Shown here piece by piece: positions 36,555 to 45,992 of a DNA stretch of 64,000 nucleotides (positions are counted from its first letter, which is position 1; every line of letters starts with the position of its first letter). A model generated the notes under the pieces. That model was given only the letters and a program-made list of their open reading frames with translations. It was not told where the DNA came from and did no database searches. The position numbers and the translations under genes were made by a program. Source of the stretch: a virus (taxonomy: Duplodnaviria > Caudoviricetes); the IMG/VR virus record IMGVR_UViG_3300047160_035978, positions 713 through 64,712 of that record; one strand, given 5' to 3'.

Positions 36555-37483
36555 GCCGCCTTCCGCGCTTGCCATGATTTGCGGTGACGCCTCAAAACGT
36601 CGATGGAGACCTTCAGGCCGCGATCCGCATACCACTTGGCGATTGCCTTGTAGCCGAATTTCTTGCCCAGAAGCTCATGCGTTACCGGGATCAGGTGGTC
36701 GAGCGAACCGCGGGCTTCGCGCGCGGGCTCAGCCTTCGCCTGTTCCAGCAGCTGCAGCGTTGTGGGGCCTGCGGCTTGGGGCGACCGGCTCAGCGATGGG
36801 CTGGTGGCCGGCAGCGGAGCCGGCGGCGGCGTGGGGTTCGGCGCGGCGGCGGGGTCGGCCGGAGAACCGCGCAGCCTGTACTGCCCGCTGCTGGTCTCGA
36901 CGATATCGCCGGCCCTACGCAGCAGGCTGATGGTCGTCATGACGGTGCCGGGGTTGGCGTCGGCCAGTCCGGCAAGGATGCTGGCCCGGCTGATCTGACG
37001 CCCGGGGCTGAACAGCGCGAGGATGCGATCGCGCGCTCGATGGCCCGGCGCCGGCCTGGCTTCGCGCTTATTTGCTGCCGAACTGGCTCGGGCCAGAGCG
37101 GCATGGGCCGCGGCCTTGACGGCGTCAGGCGCAGGCGCCTCAACCTTGGCCGGCGGCGGCTTCGGCGCCGGCGCGCCGGCATCCTGCATCCGCTGGTTGA
37201 ATGTGGACTCGGCGCGCAACATTGCTGCTGGCGATGACTGCTCGCCGACCCAGCGATAGAGAGGGCGAGGACCCTCATCGGGCCGCCTCTCGACGAGCCC
37301 CTGGGCGGCGAGCGCATCCAGGGCGAACAGAGCTTCGCGCGGCGAGACGCCGAGGTTTTCGCCGAGGCCAGCGGCCGTCATGGTGGTACCGACGCTACAA
37401 AGGCGATAGCGCACGCGGGCGCAGGTGGTTTTGCCTTCGACCTGCCTGATGAGGTCGGCAGCGGAATCCAGTGCGATGCTCAT
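36551..37483 (-). CDS. Multi-HTH DNA-binding protein
   Basis: Two winged-helix-like segments (TAAGLGENLGVSPREALFALDALAAQGLV; SRASILAGL...LRRAGDI) separated by Pro/Ala linkers. Confidence 0.55.
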   Translation of the reverse strand: MSIALDSAADLIRQVEGKTTCARVRYRLCSVGTTMTAAGLGENLGVSPREALFALDALAAQGLVERRPDEGPRPLYRWVGEQSSPAAMLRAESTFNQRMQDAGAPAPKPPPAKVEAPAPDAVKAAAHAALARASSAANKREARPAPGHRARDRILALFSPGRQISRASILAGLADANPGTVMTTISLLRRAGDIVETSSGQYRLRGSPADPAAAPNPTPPPAPLPATSPSLSRSPQAAGPTTLQLLEQAKAEPAREARGSLDHLIPVTHELLGKKFGYKAIAKWYADRGLKVSIDVLRRHRKSWQARKAA

Positions 37484-37929
37484 GCGGTGCTCCTTGGAAC
37501 CTGCTTGTTCGGCGCGGCGGTGGGGCTGACGCGCGCCACCCGGCCGCCGCCCAGCTTGGCCTTCGTCTTCGACCGGCTCCGGCGCGCCAGCTCGCGGTCG
37601 GTCACTACCAGAATGCCTTCCCGCGCTCTCGACACGGCGATCTCGCCGCGGATTAGGATGAACAGGATCCAGCGCTCCCATGCGGCCATGAAGACGCGCT
37701 CTTTCTCGGCGCGCGCGGCCGGACCGTGGTCGAGCCATGTGTGGCAGTGGGCGCAGCCCGGCGCCACGAAGGCGTCATGCGCCTTGAGGCCGGCGCCGTG
37801 GCCGTGCCGCAGCAGGTTGGAGTGGCAGGGCACGACGGTTGCCGGATCGGCGCAGACCACGCCCGGCGCCTGGATGTAGCAGGGCTTGCCGGCGCAGAGG
37901 TCGCGGAAGGGCTTGCAGGTCCAGTTCAT
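37480..37929 (-). CDS. DUF1364/Ref-like HNH-type nuclease
   Basis: C..APGVVC...VVPCH...GAGLKAHD..APGCAHCH. Confidence 0.75.
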   Translation of the reverse strand: MNWTCKPFRDLCAGKPCYIQAPGVVCADPATVVPCHSNLLRHGHGAGLKAHDAFVAPGCAHCHTWLDHGPAARAEKERVFMAAWERWILFILIRGEIAVSRAREGILVVTDRELARRSRSKTKAKLGGGRVARVSPTAAPNKQVPRSTA

Positions 37930-38038
37930 GCGGCGTTCAAAAAGATCACGACAGCGGCGAACAGGAACCATCCCCAACCCCCGACCTTGCGATAGGCGAG
38001 CGCTGCGGCTGCAACGGCAAGGAATCCGGCGACGAAGA

Positions 38039-38509
38039 TCACGCCGCCTCCTTCATGAGCTCCGCCATCGGCTCGATCTGCGCTGGGTCGAGGCCCGGCC
38101 AGTAGGTCTTCGCGATGTGCTTGCAGAACGCCGAATAGACCTGCTCGAAAGCCGCCTGGTCCATGTTCTCGAAGCTGATGCTGCGCGGCACGCGGTGCTC
38201 GAGCATGCCCAGGCCAGGCGCCTTGATGGCGATGGAGTCGCAGGCGATGTTGGCCTCCAGCTGCAGGCGCTTCAGGACGGAGTGGGCATCCTCGTAGGCC
38301 TCGAACTCGGGCACGTTGTCGATCAGCAGCTGGCCGAGCGCGTGCACCATGCGATGGAACTTCGGGTTACGGGGCTTCTTCAGCTCGGCGCTCAGGATGT
38401 CGCCGATGCTGTAGTTGCGCTCGCGGAGCATCCGCGCCGACGGCAGGTCGGCCGGGACCAATGCGCCCTTCACTACGCGGAGCAGGATGGTCTTGCGGGG
38501 CTTGCTCAT
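38039..38509 (-). CDS. DUF1367/NinB-like protein
   Basis: RNPKFHR, RSISFENMDQAAFEQVY. Confidence 0.7.
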   Translation of the reverse strand: MSKPRKTILLRVVKGALVPADLPSARMLRERNYSIGDILSAELKKPRNPKFHRMVHALGQLLIDNVPEFEAYEDAHSVLKRLQLEANIACDSIAIKAPGLGMLEHRVPRSISFENMDQAAFEQVYSAFCKHIAKTYWPGLDPAQIEPMAELMKEAA

Positions 38510-38700
38510 GCGGCTTTCCTCTGCTTCGGCCCTTTGGCGAAGCGCGTCAGATATTCGGTGGTGGCGCTGCGGTCGACGCAGTAGCGCGAGTGGTTCTCCA
38601 GGACCTCGACCTTGTGCAGGTTACACGTGCCGATAGACGAGGCGGGCGCGCTGCGCTGGAAGCGGTCGCAGCCCTGGCAGGTGACGGGCTTATAGTCCAT
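38506..38700 (-). CDS. Small Cys-rich hypothetical protein
   Basis: CQGCDRF..GTCNLH..YC; overlaps neighbours. Confidence 0.5.
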   Translation of the reverse strand: MDYKPVTCQGCDRFQRSAPASSIGTCNLHKVEVLENHSRYCVDRSATTEYLTRFAKGPKQRKAA

Positions 38701-40078
38701 CGTCGTAGCCCTCCGGCGCCTGCTCGTAGAAGCGCTGCTCGCGGCCGTTGAACCAGAACTTGTGCCGGTCATGCGGCGTGCCTAGCCAACCCTCGCGACC
38801 GTCACGGTTCTTGAACAGGCCGAACTCGCGCGGATAGTCACCGGTGGCGTTGTTCGGCGGCGTGTGCAGGAAGATCACTAGGTCGGCGTCCTGCTCGATG
38901 TTGCCGGAGTCGCGCAGGTCGGAGAGCACCGGCGGACGGCCGTCCTTCTCGTTGGCGCGGGTCAGCTGGCTCAGGCCGATGACGGCGATGTCAAGGCGCT
39001 TTGCGGTGCGCTTCAGCGTCCAGGTGACTTCGCCGATCTGGCGGTCTCGGCTCTGCTTCGAGTCCATCCCTTGGACCAGGCCGATATGGTCGACTGCGGC
39101 CCACTGGATGCCGTAGCGCCGCTTGGCCTCATACATGCGCGCGACGATGGCCTGCAGGTCGCTGGTGTCGGTATCGATGTAAACCGGCAGGCGCATCGTT
39201 TCGGCTTTGCCGGTCAGGCCGCGCTCGGCCTTGCCGATCTCGTCGCGGTAGCCGCGCAGGATGCCTGTGACGTTCGTGCGGGCGATGCTGGCGGCGGCGC
39301 GGGCGCCCAGCTGGGTGCGGCTCATCTCTAGTGACAGCATCAGGCCGGGAAAGCCGCGGCGTGCGGAGTGCACGGCGATCTGCGACAGAAAGGCAGTCTT
39401 GCCAGTCCCGGGCCTGGCCGCGATGATGTAGAAGCAGCCGCGGGCAAAGGCGCCCAGGCATTCGTCGACTGCGGGCAGGCCGGTGGTAGCGCCGTAGTCC
39501 TCGCCAGCCTCGCGCCGCGTTGCGCGGGCCCTGGCGGCGTCCATCGCCTCGCCGATGACCTCGCGCAGCGTGACGATCTCGCCGGCGTCATGGCGCTGTA
39601 GGGCAGCGATGCGGTGCTCGGCCTTGCCGATCAGCTCGCCCGGCTCGTGGTCGCCCGGCTCGTAGCCCCACCCGGCGATGTCCAGGCCGGCTGCGATCAG
39701 GCCGCGGAGCTGCGCCATCTGCTGGACGATCCTGGCGTAGGCCAGCACGTTCGCGGCACTCGGGGTGTCGGCTGCCAGGGTTCCGAGGTAGGCCAGCGTG
39801 CTGGCGTCGGCGTTGCCCTGCTCGCGGATCTTCTGCGACACCGTGACGAAATCGAACGGCTCGTTCTCCTCGGCCAGGTCGCCGATGGCGAAGAAAATCA
39901 CCCGGTGGTCTTGGGTGTAGAAGTCTTCAGCCGACAGCAGCGCGCGCACGTCCGGCCATGCCCGGTTGTTCAGCAGCAGGCCGCCTAGCACCGACTGCTC
40001 GGCCTCCATCGAATGCGGCGGGTGCTTGGGGCTGGGGGCGAGCTTGCCGTCGCGGGCGGCTTGCAGGGGGGTGGCCAT
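38690..40078 (-). CDS. dnaB: Replicative DNA helicase
   Basis: PPHSMEAEQSVLGGLL, AARPGTGKT, SLEMS, LSQLTR, LSDLRDSGNIEQDAD. Confidence 0.95.
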   Translation of the reverse strand: MATPLQAARDGKLAPSPKHPPHSMEAEQSVLGGLLLNNRAWPDVRALLSAEDFYTQDHRVIFFAIGDLAEENEPFDFVTVSQKIREQGNADASTLAYLGTLAADTPSAANVLAYARIVQQMAQLRGLIAAGLDIAGWGYEPGDHEPGELIGKAEHRIAALQRHDAGEIVTLREVIGEAMDAARARATRREAGEDYGATTGLPAVDECLGAFARGCFYIIAARPGTGKTAFLSQIAVHSARRGFPGLMLSLEMSRTQLGARAAASIARTNVTGILRGYRDEIGKAERGLTGKAETMRLPVYIDTDTSDLQAIVARMYEAKRRYGIQWAAVDHIGLVQGMDSKQSRDRQIGEVTWTLKRTAKRLDIAVIGLSQLTRANEKDGRPPVLSDLRDSGNIEQDADLVIFLHTPPNNATGDYPREFGLFKNRDGREGWLGTPHDRHKFWFNGREQRFYEQAPEGYDDGL

Positions 40079-40914
40079 TACATTCCTCCGCCGGTCAGGA
40101 CGCGGTCATTCCCGACCACGCTGCCGCCGTTTCGGCCAACCGCCGGTGCGCGGTCCTGGGCCCTACCCAGCCAGTTCACGATGAACCGCGGCATACCCTG
40201 CAGCGTCTTCGCGTTCTTCGGGTTGGATTCCAGCCAGGCCTGCATCCGCCGCAGTTCGTTTTCCACGCGCAAGGCCGGGAACTGCTGCTGCAGTCGGTCG
40301 ATGTACTCGCGGTGAACGTCGAAGCGTTTGCCGGACAGCGCCTGGAACACCAGCACCGGGGGGCCGAGGTCGGCAGGCGGCGGGGAGGCGGCTGCGTCCG
40401 CCTTCCCGCTTATATCCTGCTCTTGTTCCTGCTCCTGTTCCTGCTCTTGGCTTGCAAGGGCCTCGCAAGGGGCTTCTATGGGGCTTGATGTTCCACGCGG
40501 CGCCTTGAGGTGATAGGCGTCGGCATAGCGTTCGAAAAACGCTTGTAAGTGTCTGTTTTCCGGGAGCCCGTTGTACTCGTTCTGCACCCCAGCACAGCGC
40601 TTGTCGTTGGAGCTGAGCTGGTCGCCGATCTGGTATGCGGCCATTTCGTGGACCCAGACCATCTCGGTAGCCTCGTCGTAGGAACAAAACCCCACTTCGG
40701 AGAGGCTTTTAAGGGCCTTGCAAGCCCCTTCCATGGGTATTCCGGTGTCGTTGCATATGTAGGTTTTCGGCAGGTAGTAGAGGCCGAGCATATTGGCGTG
40801 GTGGCACGTCAGTAGGTACATGGCCATGATCTGCGCTTCATAGCCGCAAGCGCGGATCTTCTTGCCAGTGTTGCCGATCCAGAACTTGGGGCTGACCTTC
40901 GAGTAGTCGCGCAA
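40078..40914 (-). CDS. Phage replication initiator protein
   Basis: MRDYSKVSPKFW N-terminus; C-terminal ELRRMQAWLESNP..FIVNWL; upstream of dnaB. Confidence 0.8.
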   Translation of the reverse strand: MRDYSKVSPKFWIGNTGKKIRACGYEAQIMAMYLLTCHHANMLGLYYLPKTYICNDTGIPMEGACKALKSLSEVGFCSYDEATEMVWVHEMAAYQIGDQLSSNDKRCAGVQNEYNGLPENRHLQAFFERYADAYHLKAPRGTSSPIEAPCEALASQEQEQEQEQEQDISGKADAAASPPPADLGPPVLVFQALSGKRFDVHREYIDRLQQQFPALRVENELRRMQAWLESNPKNAKTLQGMPRFIVNWLGRAQDRAPAVGRNGGSVVGNDRVLTGGGM

Positions 40915-40917
40915 GGG

Positions 40918-41358
40918 CTAGACCTCGACGATCTCGATGCCGTAGTGGTGCTCGACCTCGCGGCGCTTCACCCGGTAGGTCTGGAGCTTCCGCGTCGCCT
41001 CCGACTTCACGTCCTCGACGGTGACGCGGCCATCGGCCCACACCACCAGGAAGTCGGCGTAGTAGCGCGTCCCGCCGGGCAGCCGGAAGGGCGCCTGGGC
41101 GATGAACCAGCGCACGCGGCCGCCAGCGCGGAGCAGCTTCAGCTCGGCGTAGCGGCCGGCTTCCTTCTTGCTGTCGAAGGTGACCCCGTCGACCACGGTC
41201 TTGCGGTTTCGATACTTGCTGGGCTTCGCGGCCGGCGTGGAGGAGATCGCCAACATCTTGCCGGGGACCAGCGTGGGCAGCTCCAGCGACTTGAAGCCGC
41301 GGGCCGCACGCGCCTGGTAGGCGGCTGCCTGCTCTGCGGTGAGACGGAGGACGTTCAA
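40918..41358 (-). CDS. DUF1064 (PD-(D/E)XK) endonuclease
   Basis: SKYRNRKTVVDGVTFDSKKEA, YYADF, VEDVKS. Confidence 0.85.
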   Translation of the reverse strand: MNVLRLTAEQAAAYQARAARGFKSLELPTLVPGKMLAISSTPAAKPSKYRNRKTVVDGVTFDSKKEAGRYAELKLLRAGGRVRWFIAQAPFRLPGGTRYYADFLVVWADGRVTVEDVKSEATRKLQTYRVKRREVEHHYGIEIVEV

Positions 41359-42302
41359 GGATGCCTCCGAGAGCGCGCCATGCGCCGCTTGTCCAACCAG
41401 TCGGACAGCCACGCCGGGCGCTTCTCGCGCGCGGCGATCAGCCGGTCGCAAATGGGCATGATCAGCTCGGACCAGAACATGGCAACGACCAGGGCGAGGC
41501 GCAAGAAGACGATCAGCAGCTCGTTGAGGATCCAGTTCACGCCGCCTCCGTGAAGCCGGTAGGCAGCCCGCGCCTCGGCAGGGCGGCGCGGCCCATGTCG
41601 GTCAGCCGAATACGACCATCAGACCCTATCAGATAGCCCTTGGCGAACAGGCCCAGCCATGCCGGGAATGCTCCTTGGTGGCAGGTCTGGCCTTGCGCGC
41701 AGACGCGGCCGTAACTGTCGAGGTAGCCGTCCCCACCGTTGTCGGCCAGCCAGACGAGTCGGCGGAGCTGCTGTTCCGTCAGACCTTGCATGGCTGCTCC
41801 TCCGGATCGGTGCCGCCGGTCAGAACCAGAGTCACGCGGTAGCGCTCGGAGCCGTCCTTGTTCGTGGCAATGCTGCCGTCGCCGTCGCCGACTGGGATGT
41901 ATTGCAAGTCGGCGTCGTAGACGTTGAGGACCACATGGCCGTCTGCCTCGCAGGGATCGGTGAAGGTAGTCTTGTAGACGGCGACGGGTTTTCGGGCGTG
42001 GCCCTGCTCGACCAACTGGCCGAGGAGCTTATGCAGCCGGCCAACGGTGAAGGCACTCACTGCGGCATCTCCGGCTTTTCGGCAGTGAGCAACTGCGGCT
42101 GCAGGGGCTGGTTAAATGTCAGAACCTGGTGCCAGACGTAGCCGGTGAAAAACAGGCGCACGCGCTCGCGCCAGGTCAGCCGCCAGCAGCAGACGATGCG
42201 GCCTTGCGGGTCGTTGGCGAAGCGGTATGCGGGCAGCGGCAGGTATTCCGGCTGGTCCTTGGCGATCACCACGGTCTGCTCGGGAAACTGGACGAGATCC
42301 AT
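41355..42302 (-). other. Four small early genes (41355-41540, 41537-41791, 41779-42060, 42057-42302)
   Basis: Overlapping start/stop chain, co-oriented. Confidence 0.55.
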
Positions 42303-42712
42303 TACGCGGCCCTCGCTTCACGCACGAACTTGGTGATGGTCGCCAGTTCGCGCTTCAGGGCCTCCTTTTCCTCGCGCTCGGCGCGCAGTTGCTGCTGCAG
42401 CTCGGTCTCGCGCTGGCGCATGGCCTCGACGTCGTAGCCACGCTGATGATTCAGCCACATCAGCGGGAACTCGGAGCCGCAGGCATCCATGAAGGCGCAG
42501 AGCTTGTCCGGCATGACGCCCAGCTGGCCGCCCAGAGTCTTGCTGAACTGGCCCTCGTCCATCTCAATGTCGACGGCGAGGGCCTTCCGGCCGATCCCGC
42601 TGAGGTCCGCGGCGCGTTGCATCGCCTTGGCCCAGGTCTTGACCTCAGCCATTTCGGCATTGGTGGCCGGTTTCAGCGGACGTCGGATGCGCAGTGCAAG
42701 CTGGTCGTTCAT
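42302..42712 (-). CDS. CII-like transcriptional regulator
   Basis: HTH RKALAVDIEMDEGQFSKTLGG, FMDACGS; position between cro and replication genes. Confidence 0.6.
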   Translation of the reverse strand: MNDQLALRIRRPLKPATNAEMAEVKTWAKAMQRAADLSGIGRKALAVDIEMDEGQFSKTLGGQLGVMPDKLCAFMDACGSEFPLMWLNHQRGYDVEAMRQRETELQQQLRAEREEKEALKRELATITKFVREARAA

Positions 42713-43523
42713 GGTCCGTCTAAAAAATTGAATTGCGTTGAACATCCATCGCCGGGCAAATTTTTTTGCATGCGACAGACGAGGAAGACAAAGGACCGCC
42801 GAAGCGGTCAAGGCTCAGGGATGGCCCCTGACGCAGGGAGACGAAGCGCCCTTGCGGGCGAAAGCGCGGACCTGCACAGCAACATCCGCGCTGGAGGAGA
42901 TGGGCGGCCGGCGGCATCAGCTGAGGGCCTGGGCGGCGTCGGCGGCGAGTGGTGCTTTGCGAAGCGGGCCGGACGCGACGCCGGCTCCTCCTTGCTGGCG
43001 CACTCAGGCCACTCTCAGACGTTTGGTCGGGTATCCGCCGCGCCAGGCGTGTTCCAGGCTCAAGAGGTCCGAGCGTGCTCGGGTCTGCTTTCCCCGACGC
43101 CGCTTCGCAAAACACCATGCCCCGCGCCGGCTGGGCACTCAGCCGGCGCGAGGACTTCCAACCTGTGCAGGAGTGCCCCGCGGCTTCGCGATGGAGGCAG
43201 AAGGCCGGCCCGACGCCGGTTTCCCCTGTACCTTTCGGTTTCAAAACAGGGACTGCCTTTCTGGGGGTATGGGTGCCCAGCTGCGCCGGGGCATTCCAGC
43301 GCAGCGGGGGCTTTTGGTGCCGCACTTCAGGGTGCCGCGGCGGGGCCGATCCGTGGCCGTGAATTGCGCACCACTGCGCGAGGGAGTGACGCGCTTCCAG
43401 CCGGGCAAGGGAAACCGGCTGACGCTGGTGGTGCCCAGCGTGAGGCGCCGGACGGGGGATTCCGGCGGACTTCGTGGTACCTTCAAAGCGCCGGGTCATT
43501 TCCGGCTCCTTGTGAGGTGACAC

Positions 43524-43652
43524 ATGACAACGAGCAAGAAGGACGCTTCATTGGCTTCAAAGCAGCTGCGCAACGGCAAGACGAAGGCCGAACGCAGCGT
43601 CGCTGGCTCGGACTTGGCGCAGGCCAAGCACAAGCCGAAGAAGCGAAAATAG
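43524..43652 (+). CDS. Small basic protein antisense to the early operon (42 aa)
   Basis: GAGGTG RBS; MTTSKKDASLASKQLRNGKTKAERSVAGSDLAQAKHKPKKRK. Confidence 0.55.
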   Translation: MTTSKKDASLASKQLRNGKTKAERSVAGSDLAQAKHKPKKRK

Positions 43653-43655
43653 CGC

Positions 43656-43904
43656 TCACCGCAAGACCTCCAAAGAGAGGATCGAGCAGCGCGGGATGTT
43701 CAGATCGCCGAAATGCTGCTCGTCACCGTCCTTATCGATCAGCCGATGCGGACGGATGTTGGCCGCCGTTTCGGTCAGGTGGGAAAGGAAGCCCACCGAT
43801 TCATGTTCCCGCAGCTCGTTCGGCTCGGAATACGTCCAGTCTGGCTGGCGCTGCGAGTCGAGCCAGCGCACCAGCACGATGTCTCCAACCTTGGGCTGGC
43901 TCAC
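43656..43904 (-). CDS. Small hypothetical protein
   Basis: IVLVRWLDS..W, ESVGFL, IPRCSI; GTGA overlap. Confidence 0.6.
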   Translation of the reverse strand: MSQPKVGDIVLVRWLDSQRQPDWTYSEPNELREHESVGFLSHLTETAANIRPHRLIDKDGDEQHFGDLNIPRCSILSLEVLR

Positions 43905-44344
43905 GAGAAGCCCCTGCGCTTGCCCAGCGCCCCGGCCAGCAGGCCAGCGAGCGCGAACACGGCGCGAAGGTAGTAGGCGAGGGCCAGCACCAGCACCGCG
44001 GCGATACCGAACGGCACGGCCAGCAGGAGCATGGGGAAGGCAGCCAGGAACTTCATCTACTCGCTCCAGGCCAGCAGGTTGTAGGCGGCCAGCGCCATGG
44101 CGACGGCCAGGCCGAAGCAGGTCCAGGCCACGGCGCGGAGGACGGCGCGCAGGAACCGGCGCGGCGAGAAGTCCAGCCAGACGGCGGCCAGGATCAGCAG
44201 GCAGGCGGCAAGGGTGGCGGCTTGGAGGGTGGACATGGGTCAGCCAAGCCCCAGGCGCTTGGCGGCCAGGACGGTGAACCAGGAGAGAACGCCGCCGATT
44301 ACGGGGATGGCGAGGACGGCGAGGAAGACGGTGAGGTTGGACAT
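43901..44344 (-). other. Three tiny membrane proteins (44240-44344, 44057-44236, 43901-44056)
   Basis: Manual translation gives 34-, 59- and 51-aa hydrophobic ORFs directly after cro. Confidence 0.55.
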
Positions 44345-44581
44345 TTAGGCGGCTGCCTTCTGGCGCTGCTGCTTCACCTTCGGCAGCTCGCCGTAAATCT
44401 CGTCATAGGTGACACGGTGGCCGAGGCTTGCGGCGTGGGCGATCAGCTTCTTCGCCATATCGGGGGGCACCGTCTGCCCACGTTCGTAAAAGGAAACGTT
44501 GCCCTGCGTGCATCCAAGGGCTTCGGCGATGGCGCTCTGGCTAAGGCCCAGACGCTCGCGGATGGCTTTGAAGGTGTTCAC
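44345..44581 (-). CDS. cro: Cro-like repressor
   Basis: LGLSQSAIAEALGCTQGNVSFYERG; divergent from cI. Confidence 0.85.
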   Translation of the reverse strand: MNTFKAIRERLGLSQSAIAEALGCTQGNVSFYERGQTVPPDMAKKLIAHAASLGHRVTYDEIYGELPKVKQQRQKAAA

Positions 44582-44587
44582 GAGCGC

Positions 44588-44651
44588 ACATTAGTCCGAC
44601 TAAAGAGGATTGTCAACAGTCAGACTGTTTGTTGCTTATTAGTCGTACTTA
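44588..44651. promoter_or_regulatory. OR region: PR promoter and three operators
   Basis: Minus-strand TTGACA (44611-44616)-17bp-TAATGT; palindromes TTAGTC-C-GACTAA (44591), AACAGTC-A-GACTGTT (44615), TTAGTC-G-TACTTA (44639). Confidence 0.8.
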
Positions 44652-44664
44652 TATGGTTTGGACC

Positions 44665-45663
44665 ATGCCATCCAGACCACTAACCACGGAACAACAGGCC
44701 GACGCCGCGCGGCTCAAGACCCTCTTCGAGAACTGGCGGGAAGGCCGGGTTGCTGGCGGCGACAAGCGCAGCTACGACGAGCTGGCGGCCTCGATCGGCA
44801 TGAAGCAAAGCGCCTTCAGTCAGCGACTCAACGGCACGATGGCACTGAATGCCTCGTCCGCAGCCAGCTTTGCCCGCCTGATCGGCTGTTCAGTGGCGGA
44901 TTTCAGCCCCACATTGGCTGATCAAATCTCGAAGCAGGCAGCCACGCTGGCGCCTTCAACGGGTCAAGCGAGCCGTGTGACCGCTTTCCATCCTGATGAT
45001 CCAGTCGGAGATGAAGAGGTGCGAATCGAAGAATCGCGCCTGGTCCGCTTCGCCGGCGGCCGCGGCCACGAAGCCCCGATTTACGAGACCGTGGAGGACA
45101 GCGAGCCCGCAACGTATCGGCAATCTTGGTTCCAGAAAGAGCGCATCAATCCGCTCAAGACCAAGCGCTTTCGGATCACCGGCCACAGCATGGAGCCGAT
45201 GCTGTTTCCGAACGACACGGTGCTGGTGAACATTGAAGAGACAACGATCCGGGACGGTCACATCTATGCTATTGCCCAAGGCAATGCGATGCGCGTCAAA
45301 GTGCTCTACAAGCGGCCGGACGGCGTTTTGCTTCGCAGCATCAACTGGCAGGAATACCCTGACGAACTGGTCCAGGGCGCCGACCTGGAAGAATTTCGAG
45401 TAATCGGAAAGGTGCGCGACAAATCTGGCCGAGGCGGCCTAGCTGGTGTCCTACCTGATTTCGCAGTTCCTCAGCCGGGACGCATCGGTGGCGGAATGGA
45501 CAAAAACATCATGCGCGAAATCGTGGAACTGGTCGAAGGGGCATTTCCGAATGCATCGGCGTCGACCCGCGCCAACCTCATCGCCGAACTGTACGAACTG
45601 CGTCGCGAGAGCCCAGAGGTCCCAACAGAAAGGCTCTTGCGAATTGTAAAGATTGCGTCCTAA
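44665..45663 (+). CDS. cI: CI-like repressor (HTH + S24 peptidase) with C-terminal helical extension
   Basis: RPLTTEQQADAARLK (lambda CI-like), ITGHSMEP, VKVL. Confidence 0.9.
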   Translation: MPSRPLTTEQQADAARLKTLFENWREGRVAGGDKRSYDELAASIGMKQSAFSQRLNGTMALNASSAASFARLIGCSVADFSPTLADQISKQAATLAPSTGQASRVTAFHPDDPVGDEEVRIEESRLVRFAGGRGHEAPIYETVEDSEPATYRQSWFQKERINPLKTKRFRITGHSMEPMLFPNDTVLVNIEETTIRDGHIYAIAQGNAMRVKVLYKRPDGVLLRSINWQEYPDELVQGADLEEFRVIGKVRDKSGRGGLAGVLPDFAVPQPGRIGGGMDKNIMREIVELVEGAFPNASASTRANLIAELYELRRESPEVPTERLLRIVKIAS

Positions 45664-45668
45664 TCCCT

Positions 45669-45989
45669 GTGAAAACTGACAGGTACGTTGCTTATGAGGA
45701 ACCTCGTAATGTATATACCTCAACGGGAGGCGGGCATAGCCCGCGGGAGAGGCTGCCTTTGGACGGGGAAAGCCGTTGGGGGCGCGTTTTGGACGCGCTG
45801 AAGGGTGCGGCTGAGGAACAGCAAAAGGGCAGGGCAGGGGATTTGCCCATGTTCAATGCAGTGGGAAATTTCACCAATAACGGGCACGTCAATCTGATGA
45901 TCCTGTCCATGGCCGACGCGGAGCAGGTCGAGCGTATGGTGCAGCGGATCATGGCTACAACAACGGAGCAGCATCGGACCGAGGGGTGA
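45669..45989 (+). CDS. Hypothetical protein, immunity-region moron
   Basis: ORF 6 bp downstream of cI. Confidence 0.5.
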   Translation: MKTDRYVAYEEPRNVYTSTGGGHSPRERLPLDGESRWGRVLDALKGAAEEQQKGRAGDLPMFNAVGNFTNNGHVNLMILSMADAEQVERMVQRIMATTTEQHRTEG

Positions 45990-45992
45990 TCC

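Noticed and set aside
42720-43500. tRNA gene in the hairpin-rich region
   Set aside because: No cloverleaf with a TTC-containing T-loop and matching acceptor stem could be assembled by eye.
42227-44683. Long antisense ORFs (e.g. 42227-44683 +, 53097-54491 -, 18776-20227 +, 31255-32526 +)
   Set aside because: Shadow ORFs of GC-rich coding DNA that lie opposite well-supported genes and carry no motifs.
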